Origin: Patescibacteria group bacterium
GTDB lineage: Bacteria; Patescibacteriota; Minisyncoccia; Portnoybacterales; GWB1-42-6
Length of the DNA stretch: 64,000 bases
Assembly (NCBI GenBank): GCA_022709865.1
Contig: JAKLIA010000002.1
Location: forward strand, 82,183 to 146,182
Direction: 5' to 3'
Shown here piece after piece: positions 9,363 through 19,119 of the stretch. The stretch's first letter is position 1. Each line of letters starts with the position of its first letter. Below the pieces are notes generated by a model. The model saw nothing but the letters and a program-made list of their open reading frames with translations. It was not told the origin of the DNA and made no database searches. A program made the position numbers and the translations under genes.

Positions 9363-12014
9363 CTAATAAGCTTTTTTTATCTCTGTTCCCGTATAATAAT
9401 ATTTCAAGATTTCCTGGTAATTTTTCGTGCCGGCTTTGGCAAAAGCCCGCGCGCCGGCGCCTGAAAGCCCGACGCAATGGTTTGCTCCGCCGCAAGCGGC
9501 ATAATCATATGAAGCGCCAGCCGGATCTTTAACACCACCAGCAAGATATGCAAACTCCGCTTTGCAATACTTGCTGCCCCAAAGAGAACAAGCGCTTTTA
9601 GTTCCGTTGGTTTGTAATTCCGCCGCCCCGGAGCTGTAAGCGGAAACTATGGGGTTGCCATTATAAGTTATGATCTCTCCGGTTGTATTATCAACCGCCT
9701 GAACAATAGACGGCGCCAACACCTCGCGGCCATAGCCTTTATATAATTGGTCGCTGGTTGTGTTGTTTAAAATATAGACTTCGTCCGCGCCGCGCTTGCC
9801 GCCTTTTTGGATATAATACTGCGCATAGGTGCGCGCCGCCACCACCATAGCTTTTTGGTATTCAGCCGCATCCGTGGCAGAGATCTCGGCGATGCCATTT
9901 AAATAATCTTCCAAGCTTAATTCGTTAACTGCCCATATCTTATTGGATTTGGCCGAATAAATTATTTCCGCGGTCCCGTGAAATTGATTGTAGTTCAAGC
10001 TTGGCTTCCAGGTGGGATGATCTTCATAAGAAACTATCTGCACGATGCCATCAGCGCTTTGCGGCACGATTTTAACAAAGGCCGTGGTGGTAGCGTTAAT
10101 CGTATAAATATAATTTTCATTGGCGCTTTTAGTTGCTATTATCTGGCCAGCCTTGTCCAAAACATTATAAGCGGTATTAGCGGTCAAGATAACGCTGGGT
10201 GTTTTAACTTCATATATCGCCACTCTCATTTTTGGAATTACCGCTGAAATCGGTGAAGTTGTTGGTGAGGGGCTAGCGCTGACCGAAACGCTTGGAGTTG
10301 GCGTGGGAGTAGGAGTTAAGCTGGCCGACGGAGTTGGCGTAGCTGAAGAAACAGTTTGCGGCAAAGTGGCTCCTTTATAAAGCACATGCCAATCTTGAGC
10401 GGCAACAACTAAAACATTGACCCACTTATATTTTTTCTTTTTAAAAGTGGCGGCATCAACTATTTGGGGTTTACCGCCGGAAATTACATAAACGTTAACT
10501 TCATCATTAGGCCGCAATAATTGATTCTCGGGATATTTAACATAATCCCCAACCGAATAATAAGCCAATTCCTGGGCAGGAATATTTTTTACCTTTGACC
10601 AACTGTATTTTAGGTTTTTAAATATTTCCGCGCTAACAAATCTTTTTAATTGGCCGTTATCAACCAAATAAACTGCTTCTCCGCCAACAGCCCGCAGCAA
10701 AGTGCCATTGGGATATGTCATAATTGCGCCATCCAAATAGTTTTTAAGTTCTTCAGGCGAAGTTTTTATTTTTGACCATTTATACCCTAAAGCTGTGAAC
10801 AAATCCCCGGAAGCAAACCAGCGTTTTTTGCCGTTTTTGATCAAGAAAACTTTCTGGCCATCGCTTAAAAGTTGACCCTCCAGACCATATTTTACCGCTG
10901 CGCCTTCCGGATAACTTGCCAAATCCGATGCTTCTACTGTTTTTACTCTGGCAAAGTCAAAGCCCAAGGCTGTGAACTCTTTGGCCGAGACGGCCAGGTT
11001 TCTTTTTTGGCCGTTTTCCAGGACATAAACAGTCGCCTCTCCTTTAATCTGCAATAAGGAGCCGTCCGGATACTTTAAAAATCTTGATTCAGAAAATAAG
11101 TCTGCCTGGCTTTGGGAAATCACAACTACTTTTTGGTAGGTTCCGCCCGCATTGGTAAAAGCCGCTAAATCGTTGTAGATCTGGCGGGTGCCGCTAAAAA
11201 TCTTATAGATCTTTGGCAGACTATCAATTTGATAAACATAATTTTTATACTCGGCAGCAAAAATAGCGGCAGCGCTGCGGATTTTGGCAAAATCAAATGA
11301 CGCCGGATCAGGATTGCCCTTCTCCACGTCTTTATGCCCCACCACTATCGGGCCGCTGTATAAGCTGCTAAACTCGCTGGTTAAAAGATTCCAGATGCTG
11401 GAAGACCTTGTGCCTTGGGGGTCAAGATTATTGGTTGCGGCCAGCCACCCAACCAACCGGCTTAGACTTTGATAAACTGCTTCAGAAGGCTTGGCCGCCG
11501 CATAGTTGCCAAGAACCGTAATGCCAATAGTGCCAAAATTAAAGTTATCGTTTGTCCTGTCAACGAAAACATGCGCGCCCCGGGAACCGTTTCCGCCATA
11601 ACGGCCTTCATAGATCCGGCCCTGCTGGTCAATAATATAATTATAGCCAATATCGCCCCAACCTTTGGTTACGGCGTGATACCGATACATCGCTTGGATC
11701 GTGGCGACGGGATTTTGGTTGTTATTGCAGGTGGCGCTGGAAGTATCGCATCCCGTATCATGAATAATTATCCTTTCTACCGGCTGATAATCGCTGGGCT
11801 GCGCATTTTTATCCGGCAACCAAGTCATTAAAGCATTCAAGGCGGCTGTGTTATCCCAAGTTGACCGAGGCAAGATTATCGGCACGTTCGAATCCCCATA
11901 AACCGCTGTTTCTGCTTGGACCTCGGAAAAAAACACAAAAAAATTTCCGCCGGTAAAAAGAAGCGAAAATATAATCACCCAAACAATATTTTTAGTTAAA
12001 AAGCAGGGGTTCAT
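9363..12014 (-). CDS. Secreted multidomain peptidoglycan hydrolase: N-acetylmuramoyl-L-alanine amidase (amidase_2/PGRP) + 4 tandem ~50-aa repeats + S/T/P linker + SpoIID/LytB domain
   Basis: Signal peptide MNPCFLTKNIVWVIIFSLLFTGG. Amidase_2 motifs IIIHDTGCDTS...GWGDIGYNYIIDQQGRIYEGRYGG...GAHVF. Four repeats YP(D/N)G(S/T)LL...G...VY(L/V)...NG(Q/K)KR...S...F..LGY.WSKVK. Linker TPTPSASLTPTPTPTPSVSVSASPSPTTSP. C-terminal SpoIID-like SLEDYLNGIAEISATDAAEYQKAMVVAARTYAQYY...YSSGAAELQT. Confidence 0.8.
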   Translation of the reverse strand: MNPCFLTKNIVWVIIFSLLFTGGNFFVFFSEVQAETAVYGDSNVPIILPRSTWDNTAALNALMTWLPDKNAQPSDYQPVERIIIHDTGCDTSSATCNNNQNPVATIQAMYRYHAVTKGWGDIGYNYIIDQQGRIYEGRYGGNGSRGAHVFVDRTNDNFNFGTIGITVLGNYAAAKPSEAVYQSLSRLVGWLAATNNLDPQGTRSSSIWNLLTSEFSSLYSGPIVVGHKDVEKGNPDPASFDFAKIRSAAAIFAAEYKNYVYQIDSLPKIYKIFSGTRQIYNDLAAFTNAGGTYQKVVVISQSQADLFSESRFLKYPDGSLLQIKGEATVYVLENGQKRNLAVSAKEFTALGFDFARVKTVEASDLASYPEGAAVKYGLEGQLLSDGQKVFLIKNGKKRWFASGDLFTALGYKWSKIKTSPEELKNYLDGAIMTYPNGTLLRAVGGEAVYLVDNGQLKRFVSAEIFKNLKYSWSKVKNIPAQELAYYSVGDYVKYPENQLLRPNDEVNVYVISGGKPQIVDAATFKKKKYKWVNVLVVAAQDWHVLYKGATLPQTVSSATPTPSASLTPTPTPTPSVSVSASPSPTTSPISAVIPKMRVAIYEVKTPSVILTANTAYNVLDKAGQIIATKSANENYIYTINATTTAFVKIVPQSADGIVQIVSYEDHPTWKPSLNYNQFHGTAEIIYSAKSNKIWAVNELSLEDYLNGIAEISATDAAEYQKAMVVAARTYAQYYIQKGGKRGADEVYILNNTTSDQLYKGYGREVLAPSIVQAVDNTTGEIITYNGNPIVSAYSSGAAELQTNGTKSACSLWGSKYCKAEFAYLAGGVKDPAGASYDYAACGGANHCVGLSGAGARAFAKAGTKNYQEILKYYYTGTEIKKAY

Positions 12015-12047
12015 TTAGCTGAATTATATCATATTTACTGATTTTTT

Positions 12048-12110
12048 CCAAAAAAAACAAACCCCGCTCGCCTCGACTTCGCGTAGGCGAAGCGGGCAAA
12101 AGCGGGGCTT
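12048..12110 (-). terminator. GC-rich hairpin + U-tract (minus strand) upstream of amidase promoter
   Basis: ccccgct...cgcctcgacttcgcgtaggcg...agcgggg nested stems. On the minus strand it is followed by uuuguuuuuuuugg. Confidence 0.5.
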
Positions 12111-12225
12111 GTTCAAGTCTTGGCGGACTTTATTTAACCTGCCAAATATCTATATAAAACCTCTTCGCCTCTCTCTTTTTGCTGTTCTTAGAAGGAAAAC
12201 CTAAACAGTCTACCCTATAGTCTGG

Positions 12226-12262
12226 CTATAAAATAAAAAAACAGCAAAAAATTATTGCTGTT
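12226..12262 (-). terminator. Rho-independent terminator after the small ORF 12268..12411
   Basis: aacagcaa-aaaatta-ttgctgtt hairpin, then on the minus strand a run of U. Confidence 0.55.
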
Positions 12263-12267
12263 AAGGC

Positions 12268-12411
12268 GTCTGAGGATTGCTCCCGGTGTCTGAAGGTGAA
12301 GAAGGCGGCGTTGACCCGTTGGAAGAATTGCCGTTCCCTCTCATCGCCCACCAAACTATACCGGCGATAATAACCAAAACTATGAGTGCGTAAAGCCACA
12401 TCATATTGGAG
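12268..12411 (-). CDS. Putative 47-aa single-TM micro-protein (MMWLYALIVLVIIAGIVWWAMRGNGNSSNGSTPPSSPSDTGSNPQTP)
   Basis: Not in the ORF track (<60 aa). Has its own -10 TATAAT upstream and a terminator downstream. Hydrophobic helix plus polar tail. No clear SD. Confidence 0.3.
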
Positions 12412-12494
12412 GTGTTTAATTATTATACTTTCATACTAACAGGCAAAAAAATAAAAACAATACCTAATGGCTGTGGATAACTCTTCGTTCGGGA

Positions 12495-12537
12495 TTAATT
12501 TTCAAAAACATAAAACTTCCCCAGCGTGGAAGTTTTA
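12495..12537 (-). terminator. Terminator downstream of murC
   Basis: aacttcc-ccagcgt-ggaagtt hairpin with U-tract on the minus strand. Confidence 0.5.
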
Positions 12538-12626
12538 CTCGCCAGCTTCGCTCGTTCTCTCCGCCAGAAGCGGAGAACCATGCCCACTCGCGAAACTGAG
12601 CGTTTTGATAAATTAATCCCTCGCTT

Positions 12627-13932
12627 TTATGCCTTAATCAAAAGGTTCGTCAATTTATATATATCTCCAGCCCCCATTATCAAACAAACGTCTCCGGCTT
12701 GCAGGTTTTCTTTCAAATATGCTTCAGCTTTATTAAAATCCTCTATATACGCCACATCCTCTTTTCTGCCCTGAGCCTGAAGGCGAAGGGCCAGCTTTTC
12801 CGAGCTTACCTGTTTTTTTATTTCTTCGTCCTCCCGGCCCGCCACACTGTATATCGGCAACAAAACCACTTCATCCGCCGCGCCAAACGCGCCAACAAAC
12901 TTTTCAAATAAGTCAAAAGTCCGGTGGTATTGGTGGGGCTGAAAAACGCACCATAATTTTCCGTTCTTGCCCACCAATTCTTTTGCCCCGCTAAGAGTGG
13001 CTGTAATTTCTGTTGGATGATGGCCGTAGTCATCATAAACTTTGGCGCCATTAATTTCTCCTTTATATTCCATTCGGCGCCAAACACCGGAAAAATCATT
13101 TAAAGACTCGACTGCTATTTTTTCATCAACTCCTAAGATTCGCGCCACAGCCAAAGCCGCGTTAGCGTTGCTTAAATTATGCCGGCCAGGAACTTTTAGA
13201 TTTAAACCGCTAACAGCGCCAGAATTATACCGCTCAATTTTAAATTGCTTAGCTGGCATTTGCCCTGTTAATTTTTCAATATTCTTATCTTCGCCGTTAG
13301 CCACCAAAACTCCGCCTGCTGGCAAATGGGAAAGATATTCGCCAAAAGTCGCCATAATATCCGCCAAACCTCCGGTATATGTATCCAAATGTTCCTCTTC
13401 AATATTAAGGAGCACTAAAACTTTTGGCCAATGATTTAAAAATGACCGGTCGTATTCATCGGCCTCAATAACTAAATATTCGCTTTTACCTGCCCGAAAA
13501 TTGCTATTGCCCCACTCTTTTAAGCGCGTGCCCACAATAACCGTCGGATCCAGCCCTGCTTTTTCCAGCATTAAACCGATCATCGCGGTGGTTGTGCTCT
13601 TGCCATGCATGCCAGAAATTGCAATAGTAAACTTTTCTTTAGTTAATTCTCCTAAAGCTTCGGCGTATTTTTGGCATTTAATTTTTAATCGCCGCGCCTC
13701 AGCCAATTCCACGTTGTTTTCCTGCACCGCTGCGCTAAAAATCACGCGTTCTGCCTGCGCAATATTTTTTGCCTCATGGCCAATAAATATTTTTATTCCC
13801 ATTTTTTCCAAGTCCGCTGTAATCTCGCTAGCTGAACCATCCGAACCGCTCACTTCGTCGCCCTGCGCCAAAAAATACCGCGCGAGCGCCGAAACACCAA
13901 TCCCCCCAATGCCGATAAAATGGATTTTCATA
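12627..13932 (-). CDS. murC: UDP-N-acetylmuramate--L-alanine ligase
   Basis: MKIHFIGIGGIGVSALARYFLAQGDEVSGSD (Rossmann N-domain), GMHGKSTTTAMIG P-loop. Start taken at ATG 13932; the ORF track extends 21 codons further. Confidence 0.9.
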
Positions 13933-14638
13933 AAAACTTTTCTTTTAATACAGCAGCCGAAAAAACAAAGATTGATCGCCAGGTTTTTCGCCAACGGCTG
14001 GGCCTAGCAAATAAGCGCCATAGCCATTCTAAGCCTATTTTTTGGATCACACGAGGAGCGCGGCGCGCGTGCCCGGAAATAAAATCAAACGCCCCGCCAA
14101 CACCAATCGCTATTTTTACGCTTGGCATCATCTTAAGATTATCATAAATCCATTTTTCTTGCTTTGGCATGCCCAAGGCCACCAGCAAGATCTCCGCCTC
14201 ACTGCGATTAATCAAGTCTATTGCTTCTTTATCGTTCACATAGCCGTTTGTGATGCCGACTATCCTAGCCGATGGCTCTTGTTGCCAAACTTTTTGCGCT
14301 GCTTTTTGCGCTACTCCTTCTTTAGCACCAAATAAGAACACTTTCCGGCTGCCTAATTTTTCAAAAATTGCCCATATCAAGTCCACGCCCATCACCCGCC
14401 CCCTTAAGTTCTCTTCGCCAATAACATGAGAAGCGATTACCGGCCCGATCCCATCCGACAAACTCAGGCCCGCGCCATTCAGGATCTTTTTAAAACTAGC
14501 GTCTTTTCGGGCTTGAACTAAAAAATCAGCATACGGCAAAACTATATAATGCTGCCGGCCATCGCGCAAAAACGCCTCTATTTTTTCAAGAGCCTCGCCA
14601 ATTAAGAGATTGTCTATTCTAACACCGAATAAAAACAC
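13928..14638 (-). CDS. WecB/TagA/CpsF family glycosyltransferase (GT26)
   Basis: FLFGVRIDNLLIGEALEKIEAFL...IVLPYADFLVQARKD... family signature. GTG start. Confidence 0.8.
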   Translation of the reverse strand: MFLFGVRIDNLLIGEALEKIEAFLRDGRQHYIVLPYADFLVQARKDASFKKILNGAGLSLSDGIGPVIASHVIGEENLRGRVMGVDLIWAIFEKLGSRKVFLFGAKEGVAQKAAQKVWQQEPSARIVGITNGYVNDKEAIDLINRSEAEILLVALGMPKQEKWIYDNLKMMPSVKIAIGVGGAFDFISGHARRAPRVIQKIGLEWLWRLFARPSRWRKTWRSIFVFSAAVLKEKFL

Positions 14639-14657
14639 TCGATAAAAAATTATAAAA

Positions 14658-15224
14658 TTATTCGCCTACCGGGCAGCTTTCTAGCGTCGCGTATTCGGCG
14701 CCGTCAAACTTCAAATTGCTTTCCATCACTTCTATGCTATTCACATCAAATTGCGCTTTAAAATCCTCCTCGATCTGCGTGGCGGCATCTTTTAGTAATT
14801 CTTCCTGCCCAGCCCTCACCCTGGCTAAAGTTATATGGGGATTAAAAGCCCGTTTTTCCGGCTTATAAAAACCCGTGCTGCCATCCAGCAAGGCTTCTTC
14901 CAATGCCTTTTTTAATTCGCCTAATTCTTTTCCAGCTTCACCTTCCAACCAAATCATTCTCGGCGCCTTGCCAAGCGGACCTAAAACAATTTTCTTGAAA
15001 CTGATAAAAAACGGGTCAAACTTGCTAGCCACCTCCCGCGCAATTTTACAAGCGGCCAGCATTTGTTCATTGTCAACATAACCGATAAAAACTAAAGTGA
15101 TATGGAGGCTCGGCACTTTGGTCCATCGGACGGGCAGATGATCGAATTTTTCTTGGTATTCCTTCAGCCGCTTCCTGATTTTTTCCGGCAGATTTATAGC
15201 GATAAATATTCTTCTTTTATTCAT
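14658..15224 (-). CDS. thpR: RNA 2',3'-cyclic phosphodiesterase (2H phosphoesterase, LigT/ThpR)
   Basis: Two H-x-T/S-x motifs: HITLVFIG and HITLARV. Confidence 0.8.
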   Translation of the reverse strand: MNKRRIFIAINLPEKIRKRLKEYQEKFDHLPVRWTKVPSLHITLVFIGYVDNEQMLAACKIAREVASKFDPFFISFKKIVLGPLGKAPRMIWLEGEAGKELGELKKALEEALLDGSTGFYKPEKRAFNPHITLARVRAGQEELLKDAATQIEEDFKAQFDVNSIEVMESNLKFDGAEYATLESCPVGE

Positions 15225-15282
15225 TCTTGAATTTTTATTATTTTTTCCAAATATCTGATTCTAACCGCCCATAGCGGAAAAA

Positions 15283-15425
15283 TAGCTAGAAAATCGCGGC
15301 GAGCCGAGCGTTAAGAAATTGCCAGCGGGACGAGTAGCGCAGCGACCGAGTTGTCCGCGGCAATTTTAGCGAGACGAGTCCGATTTTGTCTATTTTTACG
15401 CTCGGGCGCAGTTTTTGCGCCACTT
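15283..15425 (+). ncRNA. GC-rich structured element ending in terminator-like hairpins (candidate sRNA or leader); class unknown
   Basis: Local GC is well above the genome average. Long stem aaattgcc(a)gcgg...ccgcggcaattt. Then GGCGCA-GUUUUU-UGCGCC and GCCACUUUUUG-CUGA-CAAAAAGUGGC hairpins that share 'gcc' (mutually exclusive) with U-tracts on the plus strand. Confidence 0.3.
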
Positions 15426-15495
15426 TTTGCTGACAAAAAGTGGCAAAGATATCTGTTGCTATCTTAGCATAGCCGATGTTAAAATCAAACAAAAC

Positions 15496-17262
15496 ATGTA
15501 TCTGATAGATATCATTCCTCTAACAAAAATACCCCACACTTTGCCTCAGATCTTGAGCTATTTTTATCCAACCAAGCTCCCGCTCGGCGCGTTGGTTCTT
15601 GTTCCTTTAGGCCGGCGGCAAGAAGAAGGACTTGTTGTTGCCAACCGCGACGTCGCTAGCCATAAAATGGAGATCAAAAGCGCCAGCTTTGAATTGCGCA
15701 ATATCAATAAAATAATCTCTTCCCAGCCAATTTTAACCGATAAACAAATTGCCCTAGCCTTGTCTCTTGGGCTGTATTATTTATGTTCACCGGGAGTTTT
15801 TGCTAAAATGATGCTCCCCCGCCATAACTTTGGCGAAGGCGGGCTGCCTGCTAGAAAAAAATCTAAAGCCCAAAAGCTTATTATCGTTCCAACAGTCTTG
15901 CAAGCGCTTTCATTTTATAAATCTGCTCCAGCCAGATCCGTCGTTTGGCATTCCGACCTTACCCAAAAGCAAAAAGAAAATGCCCGCTCATCTGTTAGAA
16001 CCGGCCAAGCCAAAACGATCATTGGCACGCGTTCAGCGGTTTTTTTGCCCTTTGCGGATCTAAAGGAAATCATCATTGAAGATGCTGCCAGCCCCAGCCA
16101 TAAATCCTGGGATATGTGGCCGCATTATGACAGCCGCACAGTAGCGCAAAAATTGGCAGAACTATATAAAGCCAAGTTGTCTTTAAAAAATTCGCCTGCG
16201 GCTAATGGCTATTTGCCGCCAAACATTATCGATATGCGCCAAGAACTGCAAAGCGGCAATTTTTCTATTTTCAGCATCAGTTTATACGAAGCGATGAAAA
16301 AAGCGCTGGCCGCCAAACAGCAAATAGTATTATTCATCAACCGGCGCGGCGCCGCTAACTTTATTTTATGCCGCGACTGCGGTTATGTTGTTAAGTGTTC
16401 CAATTGCGAAGCTCCGCTGGCATACCACTTAATAAACAATAAGCCCCTCCTGCTTTGCCATCATTGCGGCCAAAAAGATGCACCTCCCGGGAGGTGCCCC
16501 AAATGCCATAGCATACGGATAAAAACCGTGGGCAGCGGCACTCAAAAAATAGAAAGTGAAACTAAAAAGTTTTTTCCCGACGCCAAAATCCTCAGGCTGG
16601 ATAGCGATAATGCCTCCAAAAGCAAGGACCAGAAAAAAATAATTGAGGGCTTCGCGGAACAAAAAGCCGATATTTTAATCGCCACCCCGATGTTATTTTC
16701 CTGGCAAGATAATATTGCCTCTGCTAAACCCGCTGTTATCGGCATGCTATCTGCCGATACCCTGCTGCATATTCCGGATTTTCGCTCAGGCGAAAGAGCT
16801 TGGCAAACTATCTTGGGCCTATCAAACCTGAATCCCCAAGCTAATTTTTTTCTTCAAACCTACAATCCCGATAATTCTTTCTTAAAATATGTTAGAGATA
16901 ATGATCATAAGGGTTTTTTAAAAGAAGACACGGAGACCCGCCAAGCCTTAAACTATCCTCCTTTTTCGCAAATCGTTAAATTGACCATCCGGCACCGCGA
17001 TGCCAAACGCGCGGGGCAAGAAGCAAAAATATTGCAAACTAAATTGCAGCGGCTAAATAAAAATGAGAGAATAGAAATATCCGCTGCCCTGCCAGCCTTT
17101 GTTCCTCGCGAGCACGGAAAGTTTGTTTGGAATATTATTTTAAAGTTTATATTAAACAAACAGCAAGCTATTATTGATAACGAGTTTATCCAAAACAGAA
17201 ATCTTCTGCTGCAATATGTTCCGAGTAATTGGGAAATAGATATTGATCCAGAAAATATCTAA
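15496..17262 (+). CDS. priA: PriA-like primosomal protein N' homologue with degenerate helicase motifs (likely ATPase-inactive)
   Basis: N-terminal 3'-DNA-binding domain (LVLVPLGRRQEEGLVVAN). PriA-type CxxC...CxxC...CxxC...CxxC zinc module (FILCRDCGYVVKCSNCEAPLAYH...LCHHCGQKDAPPGRCPKCHS). Conserved IIGTRSAVFLPF. Walker A is GEGGLPARKKS instead of GVTGSGKT, and DEEH is IIEDAASPS. Confidence 0.7.
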   Translation: MYLIDIIPLTKIPHTLPQILSYFYPTKLPLGALVLVPLGRRQEEGLVVANRDVASHKMEIKSASFELRNINKIISSQPILTDKQIALALSLGLYYLCSPGVFAKMMLPRHNFGEGGLPARKKSKAQKLIIVPTVLQALSFYKSAPARSVVWHSDLTQKQKENARSSVRTGQAKTIIGTRSAVFLPFADLKEIIIEDAASPSHKSWDMWPHYDSRTVAQKLAELYKAKLSLKNSPAANGYLPPNIIDMRQELQSGNFSIFSISLYEAMKKALAAKQQIVLFINRRGAANFILCRDCGYVVKCSNCEAPLAYHLINNKPLLLCHHCGQKDAPPGRCPKCHSIRIKTVGSGTQKIESETKKFFPDAKILRLDSDNASKSKDQKKIIEGFAEQKADILIATPMLFSWQDNIASAKPAVIGMLSADTLLHIPDFRSGERAWQTILGLSNLNPQANFFLQTYNPDNSFLKYVRDNDHKGFLKEDTETRQALNYPPFSQIVKLTIRHRDAKRAGQEAKILQTKLQRLNKNERIEISAALPAFVPREHGKFVWNIILKFILNKQQAIIDNEFIQNRNLLLQYVPSNWEIDIDPENI

Positions 17263-17268
17263 AAACTT

Positions 17269-18193
17269 TATGACAAAAATTATCTTTCTAGGCACGCCGG
17301 AGTTTGCCTTGCCAATATTGGAAAAATTAATTAACAGCGAATATAAGCCCGCGGCGGTTTTTTGCGCGCCGGATAAACCTGTTGGCCGGCAACAAACTTT
17401 AACCCCGCCACCGGTTAAAGTTTTAGCGCAAAAATATGGACTTTTGGTTTATCAACCAGCTAATAAAAAAGAGCTGACTGAACAAATCGCAGAATTAAAG
17501 CCAGGCCTTATTTTGTCCGCCGCCTATGGCATTATCGTTCCCCAAGAAGTTTTAGATGCGCCAAAGTTTAGCTGCTTGAATATCCATCCCTCGCTCCTGC
17601 CAAAATATCGCGGCGCCTCACCCATTCAAACTGCCATCTTGAACGGCGACACAGAAAGCGGCACGACTATCTTTAAAATGGATGCCAAAATGGACACCGG
17701 AACGATAATTGCCAAAGAGACATTTCCTCTTTCCAGCCAAAAGCTTACCACTCCCGAACTTTCTAAAAAATTAGCTGAACTGAGCGCTGGCCTATTATTA
17801 AATATCCTTCCCGATTGGCTGGCAGGCAAAATTAAGCCGGAAGTGCAAAATGAAGCTTTAGCTTCTTACTCAAGGATCATCGCCAAAGAAGACGGCCAAA
17901 TCAATTGGCAAAAAACCGCCAAAGAAATAGAACAGCAAATCCGCGCTTTTTTCCCTTGGCCGGGCAGTTTTAGCGGCCAGCCAAAAATAAAGATACTAGA
18001 GGCCGAGGCATCAGAAAAAAAATACAATAAACAAATCGGCGAAGTTTTTTTAACCGAAACAAACGCCTTGGCCATTCAGGCAGGCTCTGGCGCGTTAATT
18101 GTTAAAAAATTGCAAGCAGAAGGCGGCAAAGCGTTGCTGGCAGAAGACTTCCTTAGGGGGCACGCCAATATTATTGGCCAAATCTTAAAATAA
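17269..18193 (+). CDS. fmt: Methionyl-tRNA formyltransferase
   Basis: IIFLGTPEFALPILEKL...NIHPSLLPKYRGASPIQTAILNGDTESGTTIFKMDAKMDTGTII. Confidence 0.9.
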
Positions 18194-18269
18194 TCTTATT
18201 AAACAACTAAAAAATCCTCTCTGCCTCGAAACAGAGAGGATTTTTATATTCTGATATCAAAACGAATCC

Positions 18270-18950
18270 TTATTCGGTGATATCTTTCCGAAGCTGATTT
18301 ATAAAACTTGCTGCCGCATCCTTACCGCCGAGACCAAAAGCCAAGCCGCCGGCCAAAGCCAGCATAGCAATTAAGCCTGTAATCAAGGTTTGCAACAAAG
18401 AATAAGCGACTCCAAGCTGTATCAAAGCCGCGAAGAATCCGAACACCAAGATTGACCAATAGGTCAAAGTGCCCAAGAATGCCGCTGCTTTAATATTGGA
18501 AGCTGAAACACTGGCTTGCACGATTTTTCGCAAAACGTTTGCCAGCCAAAAAGCGACCGCCAAAATTATTACCGCCACGATAACGCTAGGAACATAACCT
18601 AAAATACTTAACAAATAGATTGAGATCTCGTTAAGATTTAAGATGTCCGTGGCTGCCAGCAAGAAAACTAAAATTAAAAACCACTTTACGAAAGCACCGA
18701 TCCAGCCGGCAAAATCAATTTTGATCCCGCCCCTCTCGAAAAATCGGCCTAAGCCCAATTTTTCCAGGCCAGAATCAATTCTCAAGGCCCGCAAAAGCTG
18801 AGTGATCAATTTTTCTAATCCCACGGCCACTGCCAAGCCAATAAAGAAAACCACTAAAGCGCCTAGCAAATTAGGCAAGAAAATTATAAAACTGCTCCAG
18901 GTTTCCTGAAACGAATTAATGGTTACTTCTGTCCAAGATTGTAATAACAT
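18270..18950 (-). CDS. Membrane protein with tandem TM-helix repeats (MscS-N-terminal-like)
   Basis: Five to six predicted TM helices, SD GGGAGGUGAAAUAAAUG. Identity beyond 'membrane protein' is uncertain. Confidence 0.5.
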   Translation of the reverse strand: MLLQSWTEVTINSFQETWSSFIIFLPNLLGALVVFFIGLAVAVGLEKLITQLLRALRIDSGLEKLGLGRFFERGGIKIDFAGWIGAFVKWFLILVFLLAATDILNLNEISIYLLSILGYVPSVIVAVIILAVAFWLANVLRKIVQASVSASNIKAAAFLGTLTYWSILVFGFFAALIQLGVAYSLLQTLITGLIAMLALAGGLAFGLGGKDAAASFINQLRKDITE

Positions 18951-19119
18951 TTATTTCACCTCCCTTCATACCGCGTTTAACGCGGATTTTTATTTTTTAA
19001 CTCACCCGCTTTAGATACAATAAAACCCGCTTCCCTCCAAAAGAGAGACTCGGGCCAACTTCATTTATTATTGGCTACTCTTTCCATTACCTTTATTATC
19101 CTCCCAAACAAAAACCCCG

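Noticed and set aside
9978-11831. Several 60-120-aa plus-strand ORFs inside the amidase/SpoIID gene
   Set aside because: Antisense to a long, well-supported minus-strand CDS. No independent signals.
15286-15492. 68-aa minus-strand ORF between thpR and priA
   Set aside because: Overlaps the GC-rich hairpin element. No SD. Better explained as structured non-coding sequence.
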